This document shows, in pieces, positions 1 through 11,331 of a stretch of 64,000 bases of DNA. The translations under genes and the position numbers were made by a program. Source of the stretch: Catajapyx aquilonaris. Lineage: Eukaryota. Under the pieces are notes generated by a model. The model saw only the letters and a list, made by a program, of their open reading frames with translations. It did not search any database and was not told the DNA's origin. Positions within the stretch are counted from its first letter, which is position 1. Each line of letters opens with the position of its first letter. The DNA lies in assembly GCA_000934665.2 (NCBI GenBank), contig KZ538443.1:1-64000 (forward strand), given 5' to 3'.

Positions 1-585
1 CTTATTGATCTCTTAGCAACGACCTGCTTATAAACAAGCAGCTTGTTGATTTTTCCAATAACTGTTGGTGCCACAGAGTTGGATCACCCTGTATATTAAA
101 TTTATGCTGCAGTTCGTATATTTACCCAAGCCCTATCAGAACTTGTCCAAATTTTCTTGGTCTGAGCCCTATATGTGCCCAATACTAATTCTTGATTAGA
201 ATTCATATTCCTGAAGTTCATGGTTTTTTGAAAATTTTAATTATACAGCTAGGTGGAATTTCTTTGACTAATTTATATGAAGACAAGATGCCGAAAGAAC
301 AGGTACACACTTGGTCGAAATGACATTTAGTTTTCTGTAATCAAGTCATTGACCATAGACTCATATCTTCTGATGGTCAAATCAATTATTTTTTGACAAG
401 ACAATTGAAGCACCCTAAGAAATTCTTGGAAAAAGTGGGTTCCATAAGGGAACCACGAAATTTTCAAACTTTAAACTGTCAATCTCAAAATTCAGCGAGT
501 CAGTGTGATCTACATTTCAACTGAGGCGTTGACAGGAGAAAGGGCGTTAAGTCACAATGAGAAATGATCGACCCACAAAAAAGTA

Positions 586-1078
586 CCGCATTTACTCGCA
601 TATAAGACGCACTTTTTTTCCGATTTTTGTAGCTCAAAAAGTAGGGTGCGTCTTATACGCGTGTGCGTCTTATACGGCAGGGCACAACGGGTGAAACCCG
701 TGAGAAATCGTGAAAATCGTTTATTGAAAAATTTAAAAACATCGCACATTCGAATCGGTCATCGTCGCTCTCCTCGGCCGTCCAAACACATGCACAATTC
801 CGGTGTGACCTTGCCACCTATACGTTTCAGATGCGTAGCATTGTCCCATTTTCCACTTGCCCCCCCTTTTTACTGGATTCTAATGGATTCCACACGCACA
901 TGCATTGCACATGCATTGCACACGAGGTTGCTGCCGGCAGCTCGAGGCCAGTTCCCAAACTACGGCAATAAATCTGGGTGCGTCTTATATGAGTCAACAA
1001 CCGATTTTCCACGATTTTTCGCCTCAAAACCGGGGTGCGTCTTATGCGCGTGTGCGTCTTATATGCGAGTAAATACGG
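586..1078. mobile_element. pogo/Tigger-like MITE
   Basis: TA TSD; TIR CCG(C/T)ATTTACTCGCATATAAGACGCAC; internal GTGCGTCTTAT repeats. Confidence 0.8.
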
Positions 1079-1642
1079 TAGTCTATATTGGTTTTGGTTT
1101 TGATATAAATATTTTTTTATCTTATTTGTATCGCGTATTATGTACATGTAAGGAGACTGGCCAGCCTTTCGGTCAGATATACTTGTAATGGAACGAGCTC
1201 ACACCTAGGAGCATTGCTTTTCGTCCTTCATAGAGATTTTCTTAGTGGACATGGGCTTTAGATATTATTTTTCTGGCACTTATCTGACTCTGAGAAATAC
1301 TTTCCATAGAGACCGGAGTGGTTTATTTGAATGCGAGGCAAAAGACAGCCCCTTTTCCAGAGGAAAACACGTATCCCATTGTTAGAGCCATTCTATTGTT
1401 GGCTGTTGATTTTTTTGACACGGTACTGTATTTCGTGAAGGGAACCGTGACTCAGGGAGGAGGGAAGGATGCTTGACTTTTAATGGCCCTGGCCTGTCCC
1501 CAATCATCCAGACTTTTTCCAGAAGACAAACTAAAGATGCCGGGATTTTTTTCTAATTACGAATGATATTATTTTATGCCTATGGGTAACGGCAGGCTGG
1601 AACGGGACCCCAACTTACAGCTTCCACCCAGCGCCCCCCCCC

Positions 1643-1708
1643 NNNNNNNNNNNNNNNNNNNNNNNNNNNNNNNNNNNNNNNNNNNNNNNNNNNNNNNNNN
1701 NNNNNNNN
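1643..1708. other. Assembly gap within poly-C
   Basis: Run of Ns. Confidence 0.99.
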
Positions 1709-1902
1709 CCCCCCCCCCCCCCCCAGCCATTCATACCAATAGAGTGTAACTGAGCCATTGGGTGGACACCAACATGACGTCACTCTGTCCTGTGACCACC
1801 CCATGATGTCATCGGTTCTTTGATTAGCATATGAGACTGAACGTACTGCTAGTATTGAATAAAACCAATAAGCGAACCTTAGTACCTAATCGCTCATCTA
1901 AA

Positions 1903-1979
1903 GGTAGTATGTCTGAGCGGTGTAAGGGTTGTAGGCTCCAGTCGCTTCGGAGGCGAGGGTTCGAATACCTCTGCTACAA
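1903..1979 (+). tRNA. tRNA-Leu(TAG)-derived sequence, probably a pseudogene (about 5 nt missing from the 5' strand of the anticodon arm)
   Basis: GGTAGTATGTCTGAGCGGTGTAAGG...TAGGCTCCAGTCGCTTCGGAGGCGAGGGTTCGAATACCTCTGCTACA aligns to the canonical animal tRNA-Leu (long variable arm CTTCGGAG, B box GGTTCGAAT); T-run downstream. Confidence 0.7.
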
Positions 1980-2689
1980 ACCCTCTTTATTTTTTGTCTT
2001 TTGGATATTACAAGTGCATGGGAAATTAGTCATTGAAGCGCTTTATTTTCAATTTACAATGCACCAGTTTTAATTATTTATAAATTAGTGACAAAGGGTG
2101 GCCTATTTTTACCGCCATTGTCACGCAGATGTGTGAATTGTCAGTATTGCAAATTATGTTTATTTTCTTTTTTTTCATGGCATAAGGGCGTGAGTATATG
2201 TCCGTTGTTCTGTGGAGTTTGTCCGATTGTACTACAGTTGAGAATCATTTATCTGAAATGTTTGGGACCGAAAAAGTGCTATGTCTAATTTCGTAATAAG
2301 TTACACCCTACTTTCACGAAGTTAAATAACTGATACCGATAAGCCCCTGTGTATTTTACTCCTGATTTAACATACTCATTTTCACCTCACCTCGGGTATA
2401 GCAGACCATTTCTTGGCCCTCGGTGGGATAATATAGTTTTCCAGATACAAAATTTGCACAAAGGAATTTGCAGAGGAAAATTTCGGATATTTTGGACCTT
2501 CATAATTTTCGGGTGAGCTAATATTACATTTTTGACAGATTTCATTAATCTGTATGAGTCTTGAAGTAGTGCATATTGCAGCCATATTGAAAGCAGAAAT
2601 CTATGTTTTCATTGCATGACCTCGGTTATAACAGACTTTTTCCGCAGTGTCTTGAAGTTTGTTTTATTTGGATTCTAGTGTACTATTAA

Positions 2690-3348
2690 CCCCTTCGCTA
2701 CCTGCTATATCGCCATTGCCATTGCCATCACCAGGTATTACCGGCCAACTCTTAAGCTGATTTAATGAAATTATGCTACAGTATATGTGGAATATCACCT
2801 TGACAAACGCGCCAGACGAATTTGCTGAAATCGTCACATTTAGTGAAAATTAAATAAGTTTGGGAGTTTTCAGATGTGACGGAGGCCAGCCGCAGATAAG
2901 TATTGATTGAATTCTTGCAAAGTACCATGAATTCAGCAAATTCGTTTGGTACGATTCTCAATGTATAGATTCCGTATATTTTAGCGTATAGGCTATTCAT
3001 AATTAAAACAGATTAACAGTTGGCTGGTAGCACTCGCATTTCGTTTTTCTACGACTATCTAGCTGTGAAAATCACTTTAGGGACTCGAAGCGACGAAAAT
3101 CGTCTCCAATACATTCATAGTGCAGACTGTAGTGTAGAGCATAAACGTGTTAGTATGATATGATCCTACAATCAATCAATCAATCAAACAATTTTATTTT
3201 AACCTCCCTATATAAGCGTAGGGAGGGAGATATGATCCTACATGTATCACTGTAGCTGTTATTAGTTGTAAAATGTCTTGTCCTTGTCATCAGAGTACGT
3301 ATAAGAGACAACCTTGGCGATGGCGGTATATTTGGTATTGCGAAGGGG
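2690..3348. mobile_element. piggyBac-like MITE
   Basis: TTAA-CCCCTTCGC...GCGAAGGGG-TTTA with imperfect TIRs of about 30 bp. Confidence 0.6.
3171..3228 (-). mobile_element. 58-bp retro-insertion (3' end of a non-LTR element)
   Basis: 14-bp TSD GATATGATCCTACA (3157-3170, 3229-3242); hairpin CCTCCCTA..TAGGGAGG, AATAAA, (TTGA)n tail. Confidence 0.75.
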
Positions 3349-4078
3349 TTTAAAAAAAGAACTGAAATAAGTGCAAAAACATTCCCCCCAGTGAAAAAAA
3401 GGGTAGTAAGTGGGCTTTAGTTGCAGGTGGGTCTGTTGTTGCCAGGTTATATGAAATTGCGCCGTTGTTTACTATCCGCATGCCACCTAGCAGCTACAGT
3501 TATTAGACAGTCCGCTCGCCTAGAGCCTCCCGCCTGACGCTTCTGAACGCACCCGTTCCTCCTCTACTAACCCCCTCTAGATGGGACACGGGTTCCTATG
3601 TGAAAAATATTTGTCTTGGTCCCCTCTATTACCCCTAGAAGTCTGTCCCGAATTACAGCCTACACCCTGTAGAGATATTTCAAAGGGTGATTCAAATAAA
3701 ATTGAGTGAATCTGTAATACTCAGTTCTGGTTGCAGATAAATCAGTATATGTTATGCCACAGGTTGTTTTGTTGTATTTATTACGTGTGGTCTACATACA
3801 GTGCCACCATCATTTTTCATTTGAACAATGCTCTCTAAACTCTAAAGTTTATTTTTCTTTTTGGTTTATTCTAGCTTCATTTGTTTTTGGTCTCCTGGCA
3901 GTATGCCACAGTAAACAAGAGGTGGATAGTTTTGTTCAGCTAGTAAAATCAGCTGTCTTTTGGTGAGGAACAAGGAACTATGAGTTTGGAGGCAAGAATG
4001 GTGCCTCTTTGTTGGTTCAAGTAGGCAGGAGTCAAATCAGGTATCCTGAATTTACATCTCATCAATACTAGGTTATTG

Positions 4079-4415
4079 GGGAGGTGTGGTGGCCGAGATG
4101 GTAACGTCTTGGCTTGCTGAGTGAAAGGCCCCAGGTTTGATCCCCGCCTGGGGAACTTTCCTTTCACCTGCGTCAGGAGGGTCTCTGACCTGCACCAAGG
4201 AGGTGTCTGGCAACCTAACCTCTTGGAGAACAGCACATGACCCATAGCTACGACATTGCACCTTGCACCCATGTTCCCTCCCCGAAAAATCCCTATCCTT
4301 TCCCATTGCCCCTGTTTCCTTGCACCAGAGTATGAAGTAGAAAAATATATAGAAAACTGATGGCTCCCGTAAGGGACATCACGGGGGGAAAAAAAATAAA
4401 AATAAAAATAAAATA
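4079..4415 (+). mobile_element. tRNA-derived SINE family A
   Basis: A box TGGCCGAGATGG, B box GGTTTGATCCC, A-rich tail, 15-bp TSD AATACTAGGTTATTG. Confidence 0.9.
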
Positions 4416-4707
4416 AATACTAGGTTATTGTATTTGATTTATGCATTTCCTATAGAGTGGGACAGACTTGTAGTGGTAATAGAGGACCTGGCACACAACA
4501 CCCAAAGGGTGTTGCTTGGAACATTGCAGAAGGACTTACCAATTAAGAATGACTGTTACGTAGCATGGGGAGTTCATTAAGACAACATTGCATGAATGAG
4601 GCTTTAGCAGTTAAAGGCAATTGAAGGGTCTGAGATTTAAAAAATGACCAAGTCTACTTTTGGGGGGTCTAACACAAATACGTGCAGCAATTGGGTTTAT
4701 AAAGTCA

Positions 4708-5995
4708 TAGCAGGATACCCGGCGTTGCTCGGGTTATGAAAATACTTTTCCATGTAGGTGTAAGTCATTGATTTGGTAGTAACCTTTGACATAATTATGG
4801 CTATACAATGTTGGCATAGGCTACCTGTTACATGAAGCATATTGCATTTGCATGAAGTCCAAACACCAAACTGCGGATGTCAGATTGTAAGAGAGTACAC
4901 AATACGCCTTAAAAATCAAGCAAAAGTTTATAATGAAAAATTGAAGGTTGTGCAGTAAATGTAGGATAGCATTGAAAGACCGGCACCTCTCTTAGTCATT
5001 CCCCAACCCCAAAATGGCCAATCTGGCCTGGATGACTGTGCCAGCAGGCAGCTATGGTGTCGCTGGAGAACTCAAGGCCCACCACCACGTTAAGGTTAAG
5101 GAGGCGCATAAGTAAAAATGCGGTAGGTGCATTTTTGAGGGAATTTTAAATTTTTGTGGCGAAACGCACCGTTAATCGGAAAAATCACGAAGAAAGTGCC
5201 CTGCGCAAAGGTTTGGCCTTTACTATATGGTACCATACTCGATATGATTGCACTAAAATTGTGGACATACGGGCGCAGAAGCGTTCCCGACTTTGTCGCG
5301 TTTCCTGCCGCCATGTTATTCAAATGGGCTTTTGGGGAACGCCATTTTCCTTTCACTTGAACTCAATGAAAAGGTCACTTCTAGGCTGAAAATGGCAAAA
5401 TGACGACGAAGGTGCCCTGCGCCAGATCATGTCCTATTTTTTGGTGTAATTTTTGTGTCCATTGCACAATTTTTGCGCCGTACTACGGCCGCAGAAGCGT
5501 AGACATGTCGAATCCCCATATTATGCTGCCCATGCATAAGCGAGTTTGTTTAGGTCGTCGCAAAGGGCTTCATTGTTACCATTTTTTTTTTTTTTTTGCT
5601 AATGCGCCACTGTAGATTATGGAACTGCTTGTTGACCGCGATGGAACGTCGTTGCTGCGGGAACGTGTTTTTTTTGTTNGTGGGAAGGTGGGTGCATGGG
5701 ACAGGAAGGGGGGGGGGGAAGGTGGGAGGGGGCGATTCATGGGCATTCAGTGGTTGCCTCGGTAACCCAAGACAGGTGTTGTTTACAGCCAATTGCTCAT
5801 TATTAGAAGAGTGTTCCAAACTCCTTTTCGCCTCCTGTGGCCAAGGATGACCTCGGAGGTGAATTCCAATGTGCCTATGTTATTCCCGGTAAAAAACTAC
5901 CCCTGGTGATACCCCTGGGGCATATGTGCAGGCCTCCGTATGGATCTGTTTAGGTGACAGACAGACAGATATAGGTCTTGAAATATGTATTAGAT
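4708..5995 (+). mobile_element. Non-autonomous Helitron-like (Lep1/DINE-type) element
   Basis: 5' TAGCAGGATACCCGGCGTTGCTCGGG hairpin start; 3' (GACA)n followed by TATTAGAT; same start motif at 11975. Confidence 0.5.
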
Positions 5996-6210
5996 TGGGT
6001 ATTAAGTGCACATTTTCATATGTAGCTGAACTGCGGCAACATGTGGATGTAAAAAGCTTCAAGATTGTACCAGTGAAAGTTAAGTAATAATCAGTTTTTG
6101 CTCATTTTACGACCAGTTTTTCCAAGTGGACTTGGCCGTTTTTGATCTCAGACCCCTCAATTAATAAACTATACCAAGCTCTTGACTATACAAATAAGAA
6201 CAGTGGGGTT

Positions 6211-6523
6211 GGGGATACGGAGTGGCGCTGCAGTAACGTGTGCACCCACAGATGGAAGGGTCCCTGGTTAGATCCCAGCCCGGGGTCTCTCCCCTTCATC
6301 TCGGGCAGAGTTGGGTCATCTCTGGCTTCGTCTCGGGTGGAATCTCCGTTATACTAATCCACCCGGGGGAGTTCACGAAATGTACTGTTTGGGACATTGC
6401 ACTTGCACTCGGCACATCTCCTCCTAGTCATGCTGCCCTTGGACCAGGGCGATTCGTAAAAAGGTTCCCCCAAAAGAGCCAAAGATGGCCCAGCATGGGG
6501 TTTAAAAAGAAAAAGAAAAAAAA
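6211..6523 (+). mobile_element. tRNA-derived SINE family B
   Basis: Head GGAGTGGCGCTGCAGTAACG...GGTTAGATCCC; homologous to copies at 24085-24578 and 34109-34454; A tail. Confidence 0.85.
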
Positions 6524-6834
6524 AGTGGGGTGCAGTGCAACCCCCTTCCCCTCCAGAAGCCTTGGTCTTGATTTATCAACAACTACTTAACACTTTCCGT
6601 ATCCGTATCCGTATTATCGGAACTCCCCGGCTGTCAGTTGTTAAATGCTGGTGAACTGTTTTCCAGACTACCATCCTAGAGGTACGGTAACTGTTATTGT
6701 TACACTACCGATGAATGATTAACGGAAAAGTACCACAAAAACATAAAAATTACTCGCCGTTTTGCCACATTGAGTCTGGAAACTACTCCTGTATGTCTTC
6801 CTTTTGGTGAACCAGTAGATGTCAATTTTCTTAA

Positions 6835-7362
6835 CCCTTAACTACGTAGGTGGCCGAAACACCTTTAACTACGTAGGTGGAGCCTGAGCGGCTCCAACGG
6901 TATATTTAAATCTCTGCTTATCAGCTCAATTGTTATATTGGACTTTTCAGATACAGAAAGTGCAGTTCAGATAATTAGGCTTCCGAAAATGTAAAAATCA
7001 CACGCTGAATCAGCATATTCCAACAGAAAAAAATTTGTAACGAGGAACAGGTCCCATCTGGAGCCGCTCAGGCTCCACCTACATAGTAAAGGGTGCTGTC
7101 GTTTTCCCTATCTCTGTGGAGAGCGTCTGAATAAGGAAAAACGACAAGCACCCTTTACTACGTAGGTGGAGCCTGAGCGGCTCCATAGGTGGGACCTGTT
7201 CCTCGTTACGAATTTTTTTCAGCCAAAGAATGGGGACTAAAAATTGTTTTTTCTTCTTTTCATGCTTAGGAAGGTTTTAGGGGGAAAAAACATTTAATTA
7301 AAAAGGTAAATGCATTTAAATAGTGGTTGGAGCCTCTCAGGCTCCTCCTACATAGTTAGGGG
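6835..7362. mobile_element. piggyBac-like MITE family P1, copy 1
   Basis: TTAA TSD; TIR CCCTTAACTACGTAGGTGG; three copies in the window. Confidence 0.9.
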
Positions 7363-7380
7363 TTAATGCCAGCACAAATA

Positions 7381-8119
7381 CAGGGTGGGGCAAAAGTCAT
7401 GGGCGGATTAAAACAACGCAGCATGGCGTAAGGAACGAACGATTATATTTAAAAAAAATTACATTACACAGAGAAAGATATGCCATTAATGGATCAAGGT
7501 CCAAAAGAGTCACTTCTGGAAAACAACACCGGATAGATGTCCACCTTTGCGGGCAACACATTACTTCAAGCGCTGGACGAAACCCTTCATAATGCACTCC
7601 AGCATGTCCAGGGAAATGTTTCTCACGGCGTGTCTTATCTGATCCTTAAGATCAGCCAATGACTGAGGATGTGTGGCGAACACCACACTCTTCTAATACC
7701 CCCACAAGAAGAAGTCGGGGTGGTCAAATCAGGCGACAGCGGCGGCCATGGAACGTCGCCAAATCTCGAAATGACCCTCCCAGGAAACACTTGACTTTAA
7801 ATTTGTTCAGTGTTCGCCCCATGCCCTCAGTCATTGGCTGATCTTAAGGATCAGATAAGACACGTGTGAGAAACATTTCCCTGGCCACGCTGCGCTGGAG
7901 TGTGTTATGAAGGGTTTCGCCTGGCATTCGGAGGAATATGTGTTGCCCGCAAAGGTGGACATCTATCCGGTGTTGTGTTCAAGAAGTGACTTTTTTGGAC
8001 CTTGATCCATAAATGGCATTTATCTTTCTCTGTGTAGTGTCATTAAAAAATATATAATCGTTCGTTACTTACGCCATGCTGCGCCGTTTTAATCCGCCCA
8101 TGACTTTTGCCCCATCCTC
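7381..8119. mobile_element. Foldback Tc1/mariner derivative made of two 3' ends of a transposase (WPPxSPDL-type)
   Basis: TA TSD; arms of about 290 bp; minus strand reads FPGRVISRFGDVPWPPLSPDL...FFLWGY...DLKDQIRHAV...GGHL. Confidence 0.85.
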
Positions 8120-8186
8120 TATAAATTCTAGTTGTGAGACCGATACAGAATGCCAACGGCAATTACAGTGACATTTTAATAGTTAT

Positions 8187-9120
8187 TTATTAGTCCGGGC
8201 CCTAAGCGTCTTAACCTTGCATTTTGTGATAAGAAGGTGTCACTTGGCACATATGTTCCCTAGGCCTATAGGAGCAATTCCAGAGTTGCAGGCAACTGAT
8301 CGGCCCCTTAGGTCATGAGTTATGCGGTGTTGCCAACATGGCCTGGGATGACCTGAGCATTTTTAACGTCGCATTTTGTGATAAGAAGGTACCGCTTGGC
8401 ACATATGTTCCCTAGGTCTGTAGGAGTCGTTTGAGAGATGGCGGCACTTGATCGGCTCCTTAGGTCAGGAGTTATGCGGTGTTGCTAACCTGGTCCTGGA
8501 CCTAAGCGTATTGAACCATTTTTAACTTTGCATTTTGGGATAAGAAGGTGCCACTTGGTACATATGTTCCTTAGGCCTATAGGAGCAATTTCAGAGTTGC
8601 AGGCAACTGATCGGCCCCTTAGGTCACGAGTTATGCGGTGTTGCCAACCTGGTCCGGGACCTAAGCATAACCGCATAACTCATGACCTAAGGGGCCGATC
8701 AGGTGCCGCCAACTCTCAAATGGATCCTCTAGGCCTGGGGAACATGCTTGCCACAATCCCAAAATGCAAAGTTAAAAATTGTTAAAAACGCTCAGGTCCC
8801 GGACCAGGTTGGCAATACCGCATAACTCCTGACCTAAGGAGCTGATCAAGTGCCGCCATCTCTCAAACGACTCCTACAGACCTAGGGAACATACGTGCCA
8901 AGCGGTACCTTCTTATCACCACATGCAACGTTAAAAACGCTCAGGTCATCCCCGGCCATGTTGGCAACACCGCATAACTCGTGACCTAAGGGGCCGATCA
9001 GTTGCCTGCAACTCTGGAATTGCTCCTATTGGCCTAGAGAACATATGTGCCAAGTGACACCTTCTTATCACAAAGTGCAAGGTTAGGCCTGATTTTTGCG
9101 CTTAGGGCCCGGACTAATAA
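8187..9120. repeat. Foldback element with about 155-bp tandem units in both arms
   Basis: Ends TTATTAGTCCGGGCCCTAAG / CTTAGGGCCCGGACTAATAA; units start near 8218, 8371 and 8530, then invert near 8665. Confidence 0.85.
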
Positions 9121-9340
9121 AGTTGCCCTTGTAGTACGTAAAATTATGAAGAAATTATGGTAGATAGCCAGAACACGTCTGATTCCAAAAATGCACTTTC
9201 ATTTTTCCTATTTCAGTTTGATGGCCTTCTACCAGCATGCTCTAACTTGTGTAGAAAATGGTACATTTCTTGGTATGGCTGAAGGTCAATAAGGTGGGGG
9301 TACATGGAACCTGTACTACCTGGTTCTCTAGAGTCTAGAG

Positions 9341-9744
9341 CAGGGGTGGGCAAACTTTTTTCTCCGTGGGCTGCACAGAGATTTAAAAAAAATTGATGGG
9401 CAGCATCTAACAAAAGAAATTTCAACTTATAAAAAAGTTTACAATTATTATCCATCGTTTTAAATGAACTCCCATTAATTGCATAAATTATCATTCAATT
9501 CTCTGAATATCGATAAGATTAGGTAAATGTATCAATGAAAATGGCTGGTATAAATAAAAAATGATATTTATGTGAATGTACAAGAATTTTTTAAAAAAAG
9601 AAGGATTAAAAAGGGCATAAAATGTTTCAATTTTAATTTTTCAACATTTTTCAACATCAAGGAATACCGAAACTTTTGCGCGCGCGGCAAAAATTGTCTT
9701 CGCGGGCCAGATCCAGCATGCATGCTGTAGTTTGCCCACCCCTG
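9341..9744. mobile_element. hAT MITE
   Basis: TIR CAGGGGTGGGCAAACT; 8-bp TSD GTCTAGAG. Confidence 0.9.
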
Positions 9745-9974
9745 GTCTAGAGTCTAGAGTCTAGAGTCTAGACTACATCTAAAATACGAACTTCTCAGTT
9801 ATTCCTTTTCTCACTAGGATTTAATTATCAGTTTTTGAGCGTGCTCAAATTTCTTATGGCATGATCTCTAAAGTTTCTTGAATATCACAAGCACTTTATG
9901 GCAAGCCTCTGCTCTTTATCCAATAGTGCTGGAAAAGTAATTATTTCCTTTTTTCTTCAGCTTGTGCAGAGGAG

Positions 9975-11260
9975 ATGGCAGAAAAGGTATAGTCACTTAT
10001 TCTTAACCCTTTGATGACGGAGTTTTTTCCCCCTTTTCCGGAAATTTTATGACCTCGCCGATTTTCTTGAAATTCGGTGCATTGGTAGCCCACCCCAAGG
10101 GATGAAAAACGCACCTATAGTGACCTGATCAAAATGACCTCGTGACCCAATTTTGAGGGGACAGAGGTCAAATCATAAAATATCGACCTCACTGATTTTC
10201 TTGAGATTCGATGCATTGGTAGCCCACCCCAAGGGATGAAAAATGCACCTATAGTTACCTGATCAAAATGACCTCGTGACCCAATTCTGATGAGGGCAGA
10301 GGTCAAATTCCAACCTCACCGATTTTCTTGAAATTCGGGGGTTATACCACGGTTATACACACTTACATTTTTTGCGTACACGCGTACTACCCGTCTTAGT
10401 GAATCACAAGGGAGACTTTGCAAGTGCCAGTCACAAATTTTCTTGAAATTCGGTGCATTGACATAGGTCCCCTCCAATATGGGTCACAGGGTCATGTCGA
10501 GCAGGGAACTATAGGTGGGTTTGTCATCCCTTGGTGTGGGCTACTAATGCACCGAATTTGAAGATAATCGGCGAGGTCGGAATTTTATGATTTGACCTCT
10601 GCCCCACTCAAAATTGGGTCACAGGGTCACTTTCATCAGGTCACTATAGGTGCGTTTTTCATCCCTTGGGGTGGGCTACCAATGGACCGAATTTCAAGAA
10701 AATCGGTGAGGTCGAAATTTTATGATTTGACCTCTGCCCCCTCAAAATTGGGTCACGGTCATTTTGATCAGGTAACTATAGGTGCGTTTTTCATCCCTTG
10801 GTGTGGGCTACCAATGCACCGAATTTCAAGAAAATCGGTGAGGTCGAAATTTTATGATTTGACCTCTGCCCCCTCAAAATTGGGTCACGAGGTCATTTTT
10901 ATCAGGTAACCATAGGTGCGTTTTTAATCCCTTGGGGTGGGCTACCAATGCACCGAATTTCAAGAAAATCGGTGAGGTTGAAATTTTTTGCGTTGAAAAA
11001 TGACCCAAGTTGGCAGGGCAAATCTCCGGACATCATATGATGGCCGTAGGCAGCAAAGGGTTAAGTCATGGTATTTGCTTTTTCATTGTTTCTTGGCAGA
11101 CACTGGTTAACCCTGGAACCATGTTGTGGGGTCTTTTAGGACCCCAAAGGAATTAAAATGCATCGCAATGAGTGAGGCCCCTGAAACGTGTATTTCTCAA
11201 AAAAACTTCATTTCATGGATCAAATCTGGTTTCATAATTTTTACACCTACCAAAATGTAG

Positions 11261-11331
<71 letters not shown>

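Noticed and set aside
646..1188. 180-aa ORF
   Set aside because: Lies mostly within a non-coding MITE with repeated GTGCGTCTTAT motifs
1633..1724. Poly-C/G tracts as G-quadruplex features
   Set aside because: They flank N gaps (also at 31057-31147), so their true sequence is unknown
4079..4155. SINE heads as true tRNA genes
   Set aside because: Each is followed by a body and tail, and most have a TSD; the cloverleaf is incomplete
8187..11060. Regularly spaced repeats as a CRISPR-like array
   Set aside because: Units are 135-160 bp whole-unit tandem copies with no unique spacers, lie within TIR elements, and no cas genes are present in this eukaryotic context
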